This document shows positions 12,622 through 25,610 of a stretch of DNA of 64,000 bases, one piece after another. Below the pieces are notes generated by a model that made no database searches, was not told where the DNA came from, and saw nothing but the letters and a program-made list of their open reading frames with translations. The translations under genes and the position numbers were made by a program. This stretch comes from Narcine bancroftii (lineage: Eukaryota): assembly GCF_036971445.1 (NCBI RefSeq), contig NC_091469.1, forward strand, positions 450,988,001 to 451,052,000, written 5' to 3'. How positions within the stretch are numbered: the stretch's first letter is position 1; every line of letters begins with the position of its first letter.

Positions 12622-13826
12622 CAATAGTGGCCATATGTGTCAGGAAACTTCAGTTACAGACATCATTCTATGACAAATCCATTTTAATTTATTTCTGGCC
12701 CCATCTCTTCTCATTGGTGAGAAAGAAATAACCCTTCTTTCACAAGAGAAAACAACAATTGCAGAAGGAAACAAAATGTGAAAGCCTGAAGAAATCAGAA
12801 AACTGAAAAAAAAATGGAAAGTGCTAGAAATACTTAGCAGACCAGGCAGCATTTTAACAGCGTTGAACAGAATTAATGCTTCCGGCTGATGTTCTTTCAT
12901 TAGAAACGTTCGACAGAAAGAGATCTATTTTATCCATTTCAACTAAAAAATAGCTCTTTAGTCTACACCTGTTCCAGGTTATATTTTCAGGTTAGGCCAC
13001 ACAAAGTCCTCATTCGGACATTTTTGAAAGACAAGGTGCTTTTCTGCTTCTATCCTTTCAGTTTATGAGTTCTGGACTTGGACTATTCTTTCCATGAGAA
13101 ATTATTTTCTTGTCTCCCAACTATTTTATCAATGTACATCTTCAAATTATTAGATACTCATCCAAGGTAATGCTTCCCATTCACTCCATTTTGGCCCATC
13201 ACGTTTTATCTGTTCCTGATTAAAATTTGCTCCAGATGTTTCTGTTCCAGTGCAAACAATCCCTGTCTAATTTACTCTTTCCTTGTGAGGAGATTTCTTC
13301 AATCTGAAAATCCTGATAACTCTCCTCAGTATCATATCTTTGGATAGCTCGTCTTTCCTGAAACATGGGTCCTCTGATTACTTGCTGAATGTCCTTAACT
13401 GCTTGGACGTTAAAACAATCGCTTGGGGATCTATGCAGCAAAGTACTGATGATGGTTACAGCTGGTTGTCCAGTGTTCATATGACCCCATTTATCTCAAT
13501 GATGAATACTCCTTCTCTTCCCATTTAAATGATGCTACAACCCCAAACTCCTAATGTCCATCTCTTCATCCTCTGTGCAGACGCCTGCAAATCAACTGTG
13601 TGATAGTAACATGGTACCATGGAGTGATAACCATGAAAACGAGACCTTTAGCCTGACTCATTCTACCAACCAGGTTGCTGATTTGTGCTAGTTCCCCTTG
13701 CTAGTATATGGCCAATATCCTTCTCTAACCCTTTCCAATCCACATTCCTGTCCAAATGTCTTTCAAGTGATGAAATATAAACATAACGGAAAATGACTGC
13801 ATCCTTTGGCTGCATATGCATCTCTA

Positions 13827-13955
<129 letters not shown>

Positions 13956-14142
13956 CTATAATGTGCTTGCAGCAAATAAATTCTTCCTGCCTAATGGGGA
14001 TGATGAGCGAGCCATTTTAATTTTTAGCAGCTCACCTTTATGGCATTTACATTTATTCTGCAAAGAGGGTCATACAATATGTGGAATGCTTCATTCTGAG
14101 GTCAGCAAAACTTGTCTGTTAAAATACTGCCATAAATCTTAC

Positions 14143-14247
14143 CATAAGAGCTTCATGCAGAATATAGGCAATGATCGGTTCACTCATTCTCTCTCCTCGC
14201 TTCAATAAGCCTTTGGCAAGATCAGTCACAGAACCTCCACTGCACAG
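14143..14247 (-). CDS. MYO3A: Myosin IIIA kinase-domain exon, 105 bp, phase 0/0
   Basis: tctgttatttcAG|CTGTGC...CTTATG|GTaaga. Translates to [35 protein letters not shown], close to vertebrate MYO3A and in frame with both neighbouring exons. Confidence 0.96.
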
Positions 14248-14679
14248 CTGAAATAACAGAAAATGATTGGTGACAACAAAAATCTAATCAACTTACATTT
14301 ATACACAGTGCCTCGAACAGAGGCGAACTTTCTGAAGTCCTAAACGAGCACTTGTTAACATGATCGGTCTAATCAAAGAGATGTGTACAAATAACAAAAT
14401 TTTCACTTAATACAGTAGAAGATACAATACTCCAAGGTACAGCAAGGGAGTAATTATCAAAGAACATGTTACATCACTCCGTAAAATATTCTAGTAGTCG
14501 TTGCAGTAGATGAGCAAAGCTTGCCCAAAGAGATTCTTCAAAGAGGGATTGAAGGGGGAAGAAATGAACAAGGGTTTGGGATGCCAACTCCTCTATTGCA
14601 GCAGCTGTTGGCATAGATGCCAATGACTGAGCAATAGAAATGTGAAATGTTGGACAAGAGGACAGGTTTAGAAGAGGAC

Positions 14680-14810
14680 AAAGATGCTGGAGAGTTTGAT
14701 GAAGGGTTCAGACCTGAAACATCAACTTACTGATGCTGCTCAAGACCCTGCAGCAAGTTGATTTTTGCTGCAGCTTCCAGCAACTGCAGTCCTTCACGTG
14801 CCTCCTGGAT
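14680..14810 (+). mobile_element. Penelope-type terminus with hammerhead-like motif
   Basis: TTGATGAagggttcagacctGAAAcaTCaac. Confidence 0.6.
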
Positions 14811-14959
14811 GGTTTATGTGTTGAAGCGATTTCAAGACAAGGAGGGTTGAGGTCTTGAATGAATTCGAAAGGAGCACATTAAAGATGATGAAGGAGGCAC
14901 AGTTGCCAAGACAAATCAGAGAGATGCTGTGTTGAATTGAATTGTTGTCACATCAAAGA

Positions 14960-16430
14960 CCATAGATGCTGGAATCAGGAAAAAACAACCTGAGCTTATA
15001 GGTTGAGCACCATCTGTGAGAGAAAAGAAATTGTCAACATTTCAGACTTAAAACCTTCATCGGGACTGAGAGAGCAGAGATAGCTAGTACAGGTCGAGTC
15101 TCATCCGATAATCTGAAATGCTTCAGAAATCCCAAACTTTTTAAGCACTGACATGATGCCACAAGTGCAAAATTCCACACCTGACCTTAGTTGCCCATGT
15201 GGGGCTCTGACGCTCTGTGGCACCAGTTTGTAACCAACCATCGTCACCGCCAGAACTACATGCGTTACTTACTGTGAAGACTCTGTAGGAGATGTTTAAA
15301 AAAGCCAACCAGCAGAATTTCTAGTATTTGGTGCTGTGTTTATCTTCCTTTATAAGCAGAGATCAAGTTTTTTTGGTAAGTACAAAACATTATTTTTATG
15401 TGAAATCTGAAATTTATCTCCACCTAAACTGCCATGTTTGAGTGTAACATGACCAGCAACATTATTCTAATGAAAAAAATAGAATGCAGTGTAACATTTT
15501 GATCAAAGCACACGGCATTGTACGTGGAGACGGAAAGCCTGCCGCTGTTTGTTGCTGTTGTTTAACAGCCAATGCAGACATTCTGCTGATGCTACTGGGC
15601 TACTTAATTACCCTAAATATAGACTTCTGCTTCTATGCATTTTGGACAATGGGCACTCAACCTGTAATAATGTGAACGAGGGCTTGAACAGGGGACAGTG
15701 TGAGATTGGTGGAGAAGGGAGGTTTGAAGGATGGCGGATAGAGGCAGTATTTGACAGGTACCAGACAAAGGGAGAGTAAGGCAAGAGGAAATAAAAGAGA
15801 AAGAAGATGTGACTTACAGGTTGGAGTTGTGCGATATATGGTAATGGAGGCTAGCAAATCCTGGAATCTGGTAAGAGAAGGTGATGACAGCAGTATAATG
15901 AGAACTATTAGGAAAGAGAAGTTCGAGAAGAAGGACTGATGGGAACAGATGGACTCAAAATAGGGAGCAGGGTGCTAGAGGGGGAAGAACCCTTGGAAAC
16001 TGTAGGTGGAAGAGAATACAACCAAAGAGAAAAAGGGATGAGAGTCATTGTGGAGCGAGGGAATTGGGTGAGGGTAGATGGGGGAAAGAACAAAAATGGC
16101 CAGGAAAAAATGGAAAGAATAGAATTAGCTGGGAAGAAATTGGAAAATTCAATGTTCACATCATTGGGCTGCAGATTGGCTAGCGAGAGTATCAGGTGTT
16201 CCTCCTCTAACTTACAGCAGGCTTCAATCTGACAGTGGCCAAGGATGGACAGGTTGGTGGTGGAATGGGCAGGAATGCTGAAATGACCAAGAGCTCAGGA
16301 TGGCCAACTGCAGACAGAGCACAGATGCAGTGCACTTGGTCTCACTGATGTAGAGGAAGCTAAACCAGATGTACCAAATGCAGTAGATAAAATAGTTCAT
16401 AGCCACATGTATCAAGATGCCCATGCTACA
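14960..16430 (-). mobile_element. Penelope-like retroelement 3' part (GIY-YIG C-terminus plus terminal repeat), interrupted by a Tigger-like element
   Basis: Reverse complement ...LEEEHLILSLANLQPNDVNIEFSNF near 16140-16215, a pyrimidine-rich UTR and a hammerhead-like motif at 15032-15067. Confidence 0.75.
15090..15664 (+). mobile_element. Tigger4/Zombi-like non-autonomous pogo/TcMar element
   Basis: TA|CAGGTCGAGT...ACTCAACCTG|TA (TIRs plus TA TSD). Internal motifs resemble mammalian Tigger4 as I recall it. Confidence 0.75.
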
Positions 16431-16559
16431 TTTTTCTGCTATCCAGGTAATTCAACTCATACAGCATGTAGTGCAATAACAAATAAATAGATACATAAAC
16501 AACATTGTAGGGAGTAGTGTGATAAGAAGTCAGATAATGCAGGGCATAGAGTAATTATA

Positions 16560-17200
16560 GAGAGTGAAAGAAGATCATCTTTTTTCCATTCAGACTTCCA
16601 TGTAAAAATCTGATGTGGGAAAGAAATTGTCCATGAACCTGAAGGTTCATGTTTTCAAGCTCAGATATTATTTAGCTGGTGGAAGAGAGGAGAAGAGAGA
16701 TGGACTAGAATAGCATGTGTCCTTTGATATGTTAGCAGCTTATCAGAGAAAGCAGGGGGTATAGATGGATTCAAGGGAGCTTGTCTGATGGATTGAGCTG
16801 CATTCACAACTCGCTGCAGTTTCTGATGGTTCTGCAGAGCAGAGCCAGTCGAAAGCTGTGGTGCATCTGGACTGGATACTTTCTGTGACGCATCTGTAAA
16901 AATTAGTCAGAGACATTGGGGCCAAATTCCTGAAGGCTTCTGGTGGTAACATCAACCAGGACAGGTTGATGGTTATATTTATTCCAAGGAACTTGAAGTA
17001 TCATTGATACATAGAGGGATGTGAGCTCCTCCATTTCATGGGGTCAATAACCAGCTGACTTTGACCATGAAGCCACAAGATCATTAGATATAGGATCATA
17101 AATAGGCCATTGAAAGCCCATCAGGTTATTGAGGGAGAGGTGGCTATCCTGACAACATGCCACCAGATCCTTTATTGCCTTCCTATACTGCATCTCATTA
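16560..17200 (-). mobile_element. Old Rex/Babar fragment
   Basis: LTNFYRCVTESI motif, decayed. Confidence 0.65.
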
Positions 17201-17559
17201 TTGATTATGATGTGCAAGGAAACAGGAGTGCCAAGAGGAAATCCTTCTGGTCACAATGAGAATAAGAAAACTCCACAGAGATTGCACCACAGGTCAGGAT
17301 TAAACCAACTGGAGCTCTTCTTGCTGTTCCACTGTGTCATCAGTATTAAATATTAATAAGACCATGTCTTCGACACAGAATTAGGCCATTCAATCCATCA
17401 AGTCTGCTCTGCCATTCACATCATGGGTAATTTGTATTTCCTTTCAACTCTATTCTCTTGCCTGCTTCCCATAATCTTTGATACCCTTGCCAATCAAGAA
17501 CCCATCAATCTCTGCTTTAAATATACCCAATCACTTGGCCTCTACGACCATCTTGGCAA

Positions 17560-17788
17560 TGGTTGGGGCAACACCTTTACAGCACCATCAATCAGGACCA
17601 GACCTGGGTTCAAATCCGTAAGGAGTTTGTATGTTCTCCCCATGTCTATGTGGGTTTTCTCTGGGGGAACTGGTTTCCTCCCACCTTCAAAAACATACTG
17701 GGGTGTAGGTTAATGGGGTGTAAATTGGGCGGCACAGACACGTAGGGCTGAATTGGCCTGTTACCGTGCTGTATGCCTAAATTTAAAA
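17560..17788 (+). mobile_element. V-SINE nested in CR1
   Basis: gacctgggttcaaatcc gtaaggagtttgtatgttctccccatgtctatgtgggttttctc. Confidence 0.8.
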
Positions 17789-18166
17789 TTCCACAGATTC
17801 ACCAACCTCTAGTTGAAGAAACTTTTCTATTCTGTTCAAAAGAGTGTCCTTTTATTTGGAGGCTGTGCACTCTGGTTCTAGACTCTCTCACCAACGGAAA
17901 TATCCTTTTCATGTCAACTCTATTTTGGCCTTACAATAGTTAGTACATTATGAGAAGATCCTTGACTCATCTTTCTAAACTCCATCAAGTACACCCCCAG
18001 TGTCACTAAATACTCCTCAAACATGCATCTTTTCATTCCTGGGATCAGTCTAATGAACCTCCTCTGGATCCTCTCCAAAGCCAGCACATCATTAGATATG
18101 GAGTCCAAAACTGTTCATAATGTGGGCCGATTAGCACTTCATAAAGCCTCAACATCACATCTAAGC

Positions 18167-18277
18167 CAATGGTTCACAGCCTTTTTTCTTTCCACTCACA
18201 TACCATTTTTAGTATTCTCTATATCATAGATGCTCTGCGATTAGTAAGGGTGGAAAGAAAAAGGTTGAGAACCACAG
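18167..18277. mobile_element. hAT-type MITE
   Basis: TIRs caatggttcacagccttt and aaaggttgagaaccacag, 8-bp TSD atctaagc / atctaatc. Confidence 0.7.
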
Positions 18278-18549
18278 ATCTAATCTTTATATTCAAGTGT
18301 TTGGCAATGATTGCCAACATTGCATTTGACTTTATTATGACTGACTCAGCCTGCAAACTCACCTTCAGTGAAACCTGCACTAGGATTCCAAAGTCCATTT
18401 GAACCTCTGCTTTCAGAAATCTCTTCCCATTTAGAAAATAGTCTACTTCTTTATTCCTTCTACCAGTGTGTATTGGCATACATCAATTCTGTCTTCTAAA
18501 TCAATTACATACAGCATGAAAAGGAACAGACTTGCAGAACACCAATATA

Positions 18550-19840
18550 TAGATGTACCAACTATTGAGAGTGCAATACTGGATCTGTACACCTGTACAG
18601 GTGACAGAAGTATGTGTAGGGGAACATTTTGGGCCCAGTGATCATAATGCCATTAGTTTCAAGTTCATTATGGAGAAGGGATAGGTCTGGGCCTTGGGTT
18701 GAGATTCTAAATTGGAGAAAGGCTCATTTTGAGGAATTGAGAAAGGATCTATAGTGCGTGGATTCGGGGACGTATAAGGTAAATGGAGGATGTTTAAAGG
18801 TGACATTTTGAGAGTACAAAGTTTGTATATTTCTGTCAGGAATAAAGGTAACCTTAGGGAACCTTAATTTTCAAGGGAAATTGGGGATCTCGTTCAGAAG
18901 AAGAGAGAGGTGTATAGAAGGTATAGGTCACATGGAGCAAATGAGGTACCTGAGGAGTTTAAAAAATGCAAGAGAAACTTCAAGAAAGAAATCAGAAGGC
19001 TAAAATAAGATACAAGGTTACTTTGGCAGACAATGTGAAGGAAAATCCTAAGGGTTTATACAACTATATTAAGAGGAAAAGAATAATAAGGGACAAAATG
19101 GCTCCCCTTCAAGATCAGAGTTATTGGCTTTGTATGGAGCCAAAAAGAGATTGGGAGATCTTGAATGATTTTTTTTCCATCAGTATTCACTCAGGAAATG
19201 GGCACAGTCATGGGAAGGGAAACAAGCAGTGAGGTCATGGATCCTATAAGATTTAAAGAGGAGGAAATGTTTGCTGTCTTAAAACAAATAAGGGTGGATA
19301 AATCCCCAGGACCTGACAAGATATTCCCTCAAATTTTGGGGAAGGCTGGTGTAGAAATTGCAGGGGGTCTGGTAAAAATATTTAAAATATCCTGAGCCAC
19401 TTGTGTGGAGCCGGAGGATAGCTTGCATTGTTCTGTTGTTTAAAAAAGGCTCTAAAATTAACCCTGGAAATTATGGGCCAGAGAGCCTGAGGTAGGTAAT
19501 CTATTGGAAGGTATTCCAAGAGATTGGATATACAATTATCCAAATAGCCAGAAACTGCTAAGTGATAGTCAACATGGCTTTGTGCCTGATAGGTTATGTT
19601 TAACCAATCTTAGAGAGGGGGGAACATTTTCACTCAGGGAGTGGTGGAAGTGTGGAACAAGCTACCAGCTGAAGTGGTGAATGCATGCTCACTTTTAACA
19701 TACAATAATTTGGACAGGTACATGGATGGGAGAGGCATAGAGGGCTATAGACTGAATACAGGTCAGTGGGACTATGCAAAAATAAAAGTTTAGCACAGAC
19801 TAGAAGGGCCTATTTCTGTGTTATAATGTTCTATGATATC
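18550..19840 (+). mobile_element. CR1 LINE with internal deletion
   Basis: SDHNAISF, KENPKGLYNYI, DKSPGPDKIFP and QHGF motifs, then a jump to the 3' end and tail (ttctatg) at about 19830. Confidence 0.85.
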
Positions 19841-20144
19841 TATACTTTCCAACACCACTAATCACCAGCAGTTAACCAGAAAAACTCCCTTTTATTCCCA
19901 CTCTCAGCTTTCTGCCAGACATGCAATCATGTATCCATGCTAGTATCTTTCCTTTACCAGCCTTCTTGTGAAGCCCCTTTTCAAGGGTCTTCTGAAAATC
20001 TAGGAAAACAACATTTCGCCTACTCTCCTTTGTCCGTCCTGATAATTTCTTCCAAAACTTATCCTTTTAAGAGATTATTACAAAACTGAGAAAAATAGAG
20101 GGTTATGCAATAAGGAAATTCTGAGCAGTTGTTAAATTAGGTCA

Positions 20145-20528
20145 TCGTGTTATATGGCGAGCTCTCCACTGGCCACCGTGACAGAGGTGCACCAAAGAAG
20201 AGGTACAAGGACTGCCTAAAGAAATCTCTTGGTGCCTGCCACATTGACCACCGCCAGTGGGCTGATATCGCCTCACACCGTGCATCTCGGCGCCTCACAG
20301 TTCGGTGGGCAGCAACCTCTTTGAAGAAGACCGCAGAGCCCACCTCACTGACAAAAGACAAAGGAGGAAAAACCCAACCCCAACCAACCAATTTTCCCCT
20401 GCAACCGCTGCAACCATGTCTGCCTGTCCCGCATCGGACTTGTCAGCCACAAACGAGCCTGCAGCTGACGTGGACATTTACCCCTCCATAAATCTTCATC
20501 TGCGAAGCCAAGCCAAAGAGAAAGAGAT
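20145..20528 (+). mobile_element. RTE-clade LINE 3' end (young)
   Basis: LYGELSTGHRDRGAPKKRYKDCLK, near-identical to 54821-55215, with an (aaag)-rich tail. Confidence 0.9.
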
Positions 20529-20967
20529 CTGTACAATCTAAGGGCCAAACCATATATACTGCCTTGTATATTTTAAAGTTAGCAATGCACTTTAGATTCC
20601 TAAACTTAGGCTAACCAGCCTACAATTTTTTTTTTGCCTCTTTTCCTTTTGAAAATGGAGAGCAATTTACAATTTTCCAGTGCCTCTGGAATCATTCCCA
20701 CCTCTAGCAGTTCCTGAATGCATTCATAATCTCTTTAACTGCAGTTTTTGGGGCACAATTAATCTTTCTAGGTATTTATCCACCTTCAGCATCCCAATTT
20801 CCTTCTCTTTCATGACAGCAACATTACTAATTTCTGTCCCTATCAAATTATCTACCACAGTGAAAATTGATGCAAACTACCTGCTCAGTTTATCCCCATT
20901 TCTTTATTACCACGACTCCAACATTATTTTCAAACAATTCAATCTTGCATCTTTCACTCATTATATA

Positions 20968-21599
20968 TGTAATACAAGTATCACCTTCCCCTTTTTCCCT
21001 ACCCCAATCAAAATAAAACCTGTCCTAAAAGTAAGCCTCCTTCTGATAGGTTATCTTCTGACCTGAAATCATGTGACTCAATACCTCAGACCAAGCCACC
21101 TTCTGATTGGTCATCCTCTTCACCTGAAGTCACAAGACTCAAACTGGGGCCAGCCATTAAACCCCAGGAGTATAAAATGCAACACAAGTGTGTTTTTCTT
21201 TTAATTTGTCACCCTAAGCCCACTTATGACTGTAATCTCTGGGTATTGCCAGTACACAAGTTTGTCAGGTGTGTGCACTAAGAGGTGGAACTAAATTGTG
21301 GTATTCATGTGGGGTACTAATGTGGTTCATCTGGTTTAGCTTGTGTGTTTGAATCTGCAATTAAATAGCTTTATTTTGTGTGCATTGTCTTTCTATTGTT
21401 TGGGGGGTTGGGGTGTGGTGGTGTGCGGGGGTGTGCCTTCAGTGAACTTGCATATTACTGAAGAATGTTTGCAAGTGGGCATGGTGTCCTTGGTTTCTGG
21501 TCACTCTCGGTTTTTAAGTAAAATTCCTATTTTGTTGCTAATGCATATCCAGAGTTGTAACTCCTGAACCTTTTGAATTTGTTATCCCAACTCACCACA
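20968..21599 (+). mobile_element. Possible solo LTR
   Basis: Starts tgtaatac and ends ...caca, with internal ATTGG boxes, TATAAAA at about 21171 and ATTAAA. Interrupts CR1 sequence. No clean TSD. Confidence 0.4.
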
Positions 21600-21619
21600 A
21601 TGTATATTTGATAAAACTT

Positions 21620-22700
21620 TAGGTGTCCTCTTTGGCTGACTGTCATTTTTTTTCTCACCTTTTTGCTTTTTTTTTATGTTTCAAAAGCTTCTCAATCCTC
21701 TACCTTCTAATTTTTGAAGACCGGTATGCCCTCTCCTTTGCATTCATGCTGTCTCTGACTTCCCTTGTCAGCCGTGGTTGCCTCACCTGCCCCTTAAAAT
21801 GATCCTGCATCTTTTGAATTACTCCCAGAAATTCCTGCCACTGATCCTCTACCATTGTTCACCATGGCCTCAGCACAGTTCAGGTGGAGCCCATCCCATC
21901 CGCATAGCTTCCACTTTTGCCAATACTGCTGGCATTGTCCCTCTTCTCCCACACCAATCTTTCAGCTACATATTTAACTCCTTAATCTAATGTGTGTGTA
22001 GCTCAGATAGCAATCCAGAGATTGAGGTTTTTTTTGGTTCTGATTTTTATTTTAGTCCCCAGTGGTTTAAGTTGCTTCAGCAGAACCTCTTTCCTAGATC
22101 TACCTACATTGCTGGTGCCTTCAAGGACCACAACTAGATCTTTCCCCTCCAACTCCAAATTCCTTTGCTGGTCCAAATAAGCATCCTAAACCCAAGCCCA
22201 GGGGAGGTAGCTCTGCCTTTGGGATTCTCGATCCTCCTTGTAGAGAATAGTGTCTATACCCCTGACTATCCCCAATTACCACTACTCCATACCCCTCCCC
22301 CGCCACCTCTTGAATCACTCCCTGAACCACCGTGTCATGGTCAGGTCACGGATCCCTCCTACAGCCCCCACCCTTGGCCGCACAGGGAGTAAGTATCTTT
22401 GGCTTATTGGACAAGCTCAAGGCATGAGGCTCCTCCAGCATGACTTCAGAGATCCTTCTCTATCTCTCACAAGTGGTCCCTGACCACTGACCAAATTTGA
22501 TGCAGTTGATCAAATTGGTATGACATCCCTCTGAAACACCATGTTCAGGTAACTCTTCCCCCTCCTTGATGTGCTGCAATGTTTGAAGTTCAGTTTCTAG
22601 GTTACGACCTTGAGATTCTTGAAAACAAAATGCAGTCAACATGAACCACCTCCCAAGTGGGACAGCTATAGCACATCACCTGCCCCTGCATCTTATTTTA
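21620..22700 (-). mobile_element. CR1 5' region with ORF1 (leucine zipper plus SGNH esterase) remnants
   Basis: VVVIGDS esterase block I and the LETELQTLQHIKEGE coiled coil. Confidence 0.7.
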
Positions 22701-23324
22701 TTTAATTAGTTTATTCTGTAAGTATTTATTTACCTTTTGAACACTATTGTAATGTATTACAATAAATCCCATTCATATACAGAGGAATTAACTTTGTGAA
22801 GTTTAAATAATTGAATCACTTAAAGAGAAGGAAATATATATATATTGACAGAAGCAATTATGTATATAAAGGTGCCATATGGCAAAGTTATAACAATGAT
22901 GAGGTATTTTCGGATTCCTAAGATTAAAAATGAAAATGTCAGAAATACAAACCCAGTTGTCAATATCTACATGGGAATTACATTGATGTTATGGATGGAT
23001 CTATCATTAAGGGTCATGGAAACAGACCCTTAGGCGCAATTCACCCATGCTACGCTAGCTGCCTATCTAAGCTAGGCCTATTTAACTGTCTTGGGGAGAA
23101 CACCAGTTTGAAGTCGAGAGTATAAAAATTCTAACCACTCCAAAGATGTTGGTGTTAACATGTACAATAAGACAGAACTTAGATTGTGGAAAAACAATCC
23201 AAAATAATCACCACTACCTTCTCAAGATCTTCCAAATCAGGCACATAAATAGGGAGCTGTGGAATTAGCACTGTACTTGTGTGGAAAATGAGTTATGGTT
23301 CAGCAACTGCTAGAGGTTTAACAA

Positions 23325-23605
23325 AGTCAAGTTTATTGTCATCTGATTGCACAAGTACAACCTGACGAAACTGTTCTGCAGTCCTCGGTGCAAAACATGC
23401 AGACACACAACCAGACATAACAAAACATACAGACAAAAAGTATATATGCAGGACAAGTATTTAATCTATACGAATAAATAAATAGTTTTGTACAGATCGT
23501 CGTATGATTAGTGTGAACAGTTCCTTTGTTCATTCAGCAATCTCACTCCCTGTGAGAAGACGCTGTTCCTCAGCCTAGTGGTGCTGGCTCTTATACTCCT
23601 GTATA
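23325..23605 (-). mobile_element. Rex/Babar 3' end
   Basis: Reverse complement of the 12288-12621 family, starting aagtcaagtttattg. Confidence 0.85.
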
Positions 23606-23736
23606 CTTCTGGAAGGTGGGTTCATCTTGTACGCAAGAAATGGTTTAGAATGTTCCCTGATGCTATTACAGGAAAAAAAAATTGTATTCTAATTATGTCT
23701 TAAATAAATATTTGACTACTTGAATTTGAGAGTTCA

Positions 23737-24027
23737 CAGCTGGCACCACGAGGAGGTATCCACGGGCATTGCACCCTAAATGTGTTATTGCACCCCAAAT
23801 TTGTTATTGCGCCCTCTACCCTCAGCACTAGGGTCACTAGCATCTAGCATCACCGGTCTCGACACGATACAAGCAGTGTTACATCATGGGGAGGGAGAAG
23901 TGTGACGGCAGCGCAGGGAGGAGGTTCGTGGCAGGTAGGCACCATCACCACCACCCCCAGCTGACTGAGTTTTCGAATGGCAGATCGTGCCCCCCCCACC
24001 CCCCCAACAGTTACCCTAATGCCACCT
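23737..24027. mobile_element. Possible hAT-Ac-type MITE
   Basis: Degenerate inverted ends cagctggcacc... and ...atgccacctg, with internal gcaccc repeats. Confidence 0.35.
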
Positions 24028-24411
24028 GGATGATATTTTTTCTGACACTGACTCTGTGAGAGGAGTAGCCATTACAGAAAATATATAGTGATGAAGGGAT
24101 ATTCACTATGATTTCCTCTCTTTGAACGCTAATATTCACTTCAAATATATTTTTAAATTTAATTCTGTACTAGTTTATGTTCACTTTGATATTTGGACAA
24201 ATACCGCTGACATGGTTTACTTACCAATAAACCCTTTTAGTTCTCCCACATTTCTCTGTTCATGGCCTGAAGCTGATATGCTTCTGCAGGGATCAATGCA
24301 CATCGATGCACTCTAGAAGGTAACCTGTCCAGATGCATCACAGTTTGGTACACGGACTGCTCTGCCCATGGTTCAGCTCATGCAGTCATGAAAACCAACT
24401 TCCCTTTGATT

Positions 24412-25610
24412 CATAGGAACATAGGAAGTAGGAACAGGAGTAGGCCAAAAATGGCCCATCGAGCCTGCTCCGCCATTCAATACGATCATGGCTGATCTAA
24501 TTTATGACCTAACTCCACCTACCTGCCTTCTCCCCATATTCCCTAATTCCTCTATCATGTAAAAATTTATCTAACCGCATTTTAAAAATGTTTAATGAGG
24601 CAGCCTCAACCACTTCCCTGGTTAGAGAATTTCAAACATTCACTACTCTCTGGGAAAAACTATTTTTCCTCATCTCTGTCCTAAATCTACTCCCCCGAAT
24701 CTTGAGACTGTGTCCTCTCATTTTAGTTTCCCTGGCCAGCTCAAAAAACCTTCCTACATCTATCCTATCCATACCCTTCATAATCCTATATGTTTCTATA
24801 AGATCTCTCATTCTTCTGAACTCGAGCGAATACAATCCTATTGTATCTTATTAATCTTTCATCATAAGTCAACCCCTTCATCCCAGGGATCAACCTAGTA
24901 AACCTCCTCTGGACCGTCTCCAAAGACAGTATATCCTTCCTCAAATATGGAGACCAGAACTGGACACAGTACTCCAGGTGCGGTCTCACCAGTACCTTAT
25001 ACAGTTGCAACATTACCTCCCTACTCCTGAATTCAATTCCTCTAGCGATGAAGGCGAACATTCAATTTTCCTTCTTAATAACCTGCTGCACCTGCAACCT
25101 AACTTTATGCGATTCAAGCACAAGCACTCCCAAGTCCCTCTGCACAACAGCATGCTGTAGTTTTTCACCCTTTAAATAATATTCAGCTCTTTTATTTTTC
25201 TTGCCAAAGTGGATAACCTCACACTTACTAACATTGTACTCCATCTACCAGACCTCTGCCCACTCATCCAGCTTAACTATATCCCTCTGCAGACTCTCCA
25301 CATCCTCATTACAATTTACTTTTCCACTCAATTTGGTGTCATCCGCAAACTTGGCTACACCACATTTTGTCCCCTCCTCCAAGTCATCAATGTAAATGAT
25401 GAACAGTGGGCCTAACAGTGACCCCTGCGGCACCCCACTTACCACTCACTGCCAACCTGAAAAACTCCCATTTATCCCGACTCTCTGCCTCCTGTCAGAC
25501 AACCAATTTTCAATCCAGGCCAATATACTTCCCCAGACTCCACTTTCCTGTAACTTACTGAAAAGTCTCTTGTGCGGCACCTTATCAAACACTTTTTGGA
25601 AATCCATTTC
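24412..25610 (-). mobile_element. CR1 LINE, 5'-truncated, relatively well preserved
   Basis: [22 protein letters not shown] and LVRPHLEYCVQFWSP, with a (ttcctatg)n tail. Confidence 0.93.

Larger units (their letters stand above)
17360..18480 (-). mobile_element. CR1 LINE 3' part, with nested V-SINE and hAT MITE
   Basis: LERIQRRFIRLIPGM and YFLNGKRF..AEVQMDFGILV, with a CR1 tail at 17360-17420. Confidence 0.85.

Noticed and set aside
13480-13595. Minus-strand ttgcAG|GCGTCTGCACAG as the next MYO3A exon (expected G-VSAQLT...GTPFWMAPE)
   Set aside because: In the required phase it reads GVCTEDEEMDIRSLGL* with no kinase motif. I did not find the true next exon in 1-13800, so it is probably outside the window.
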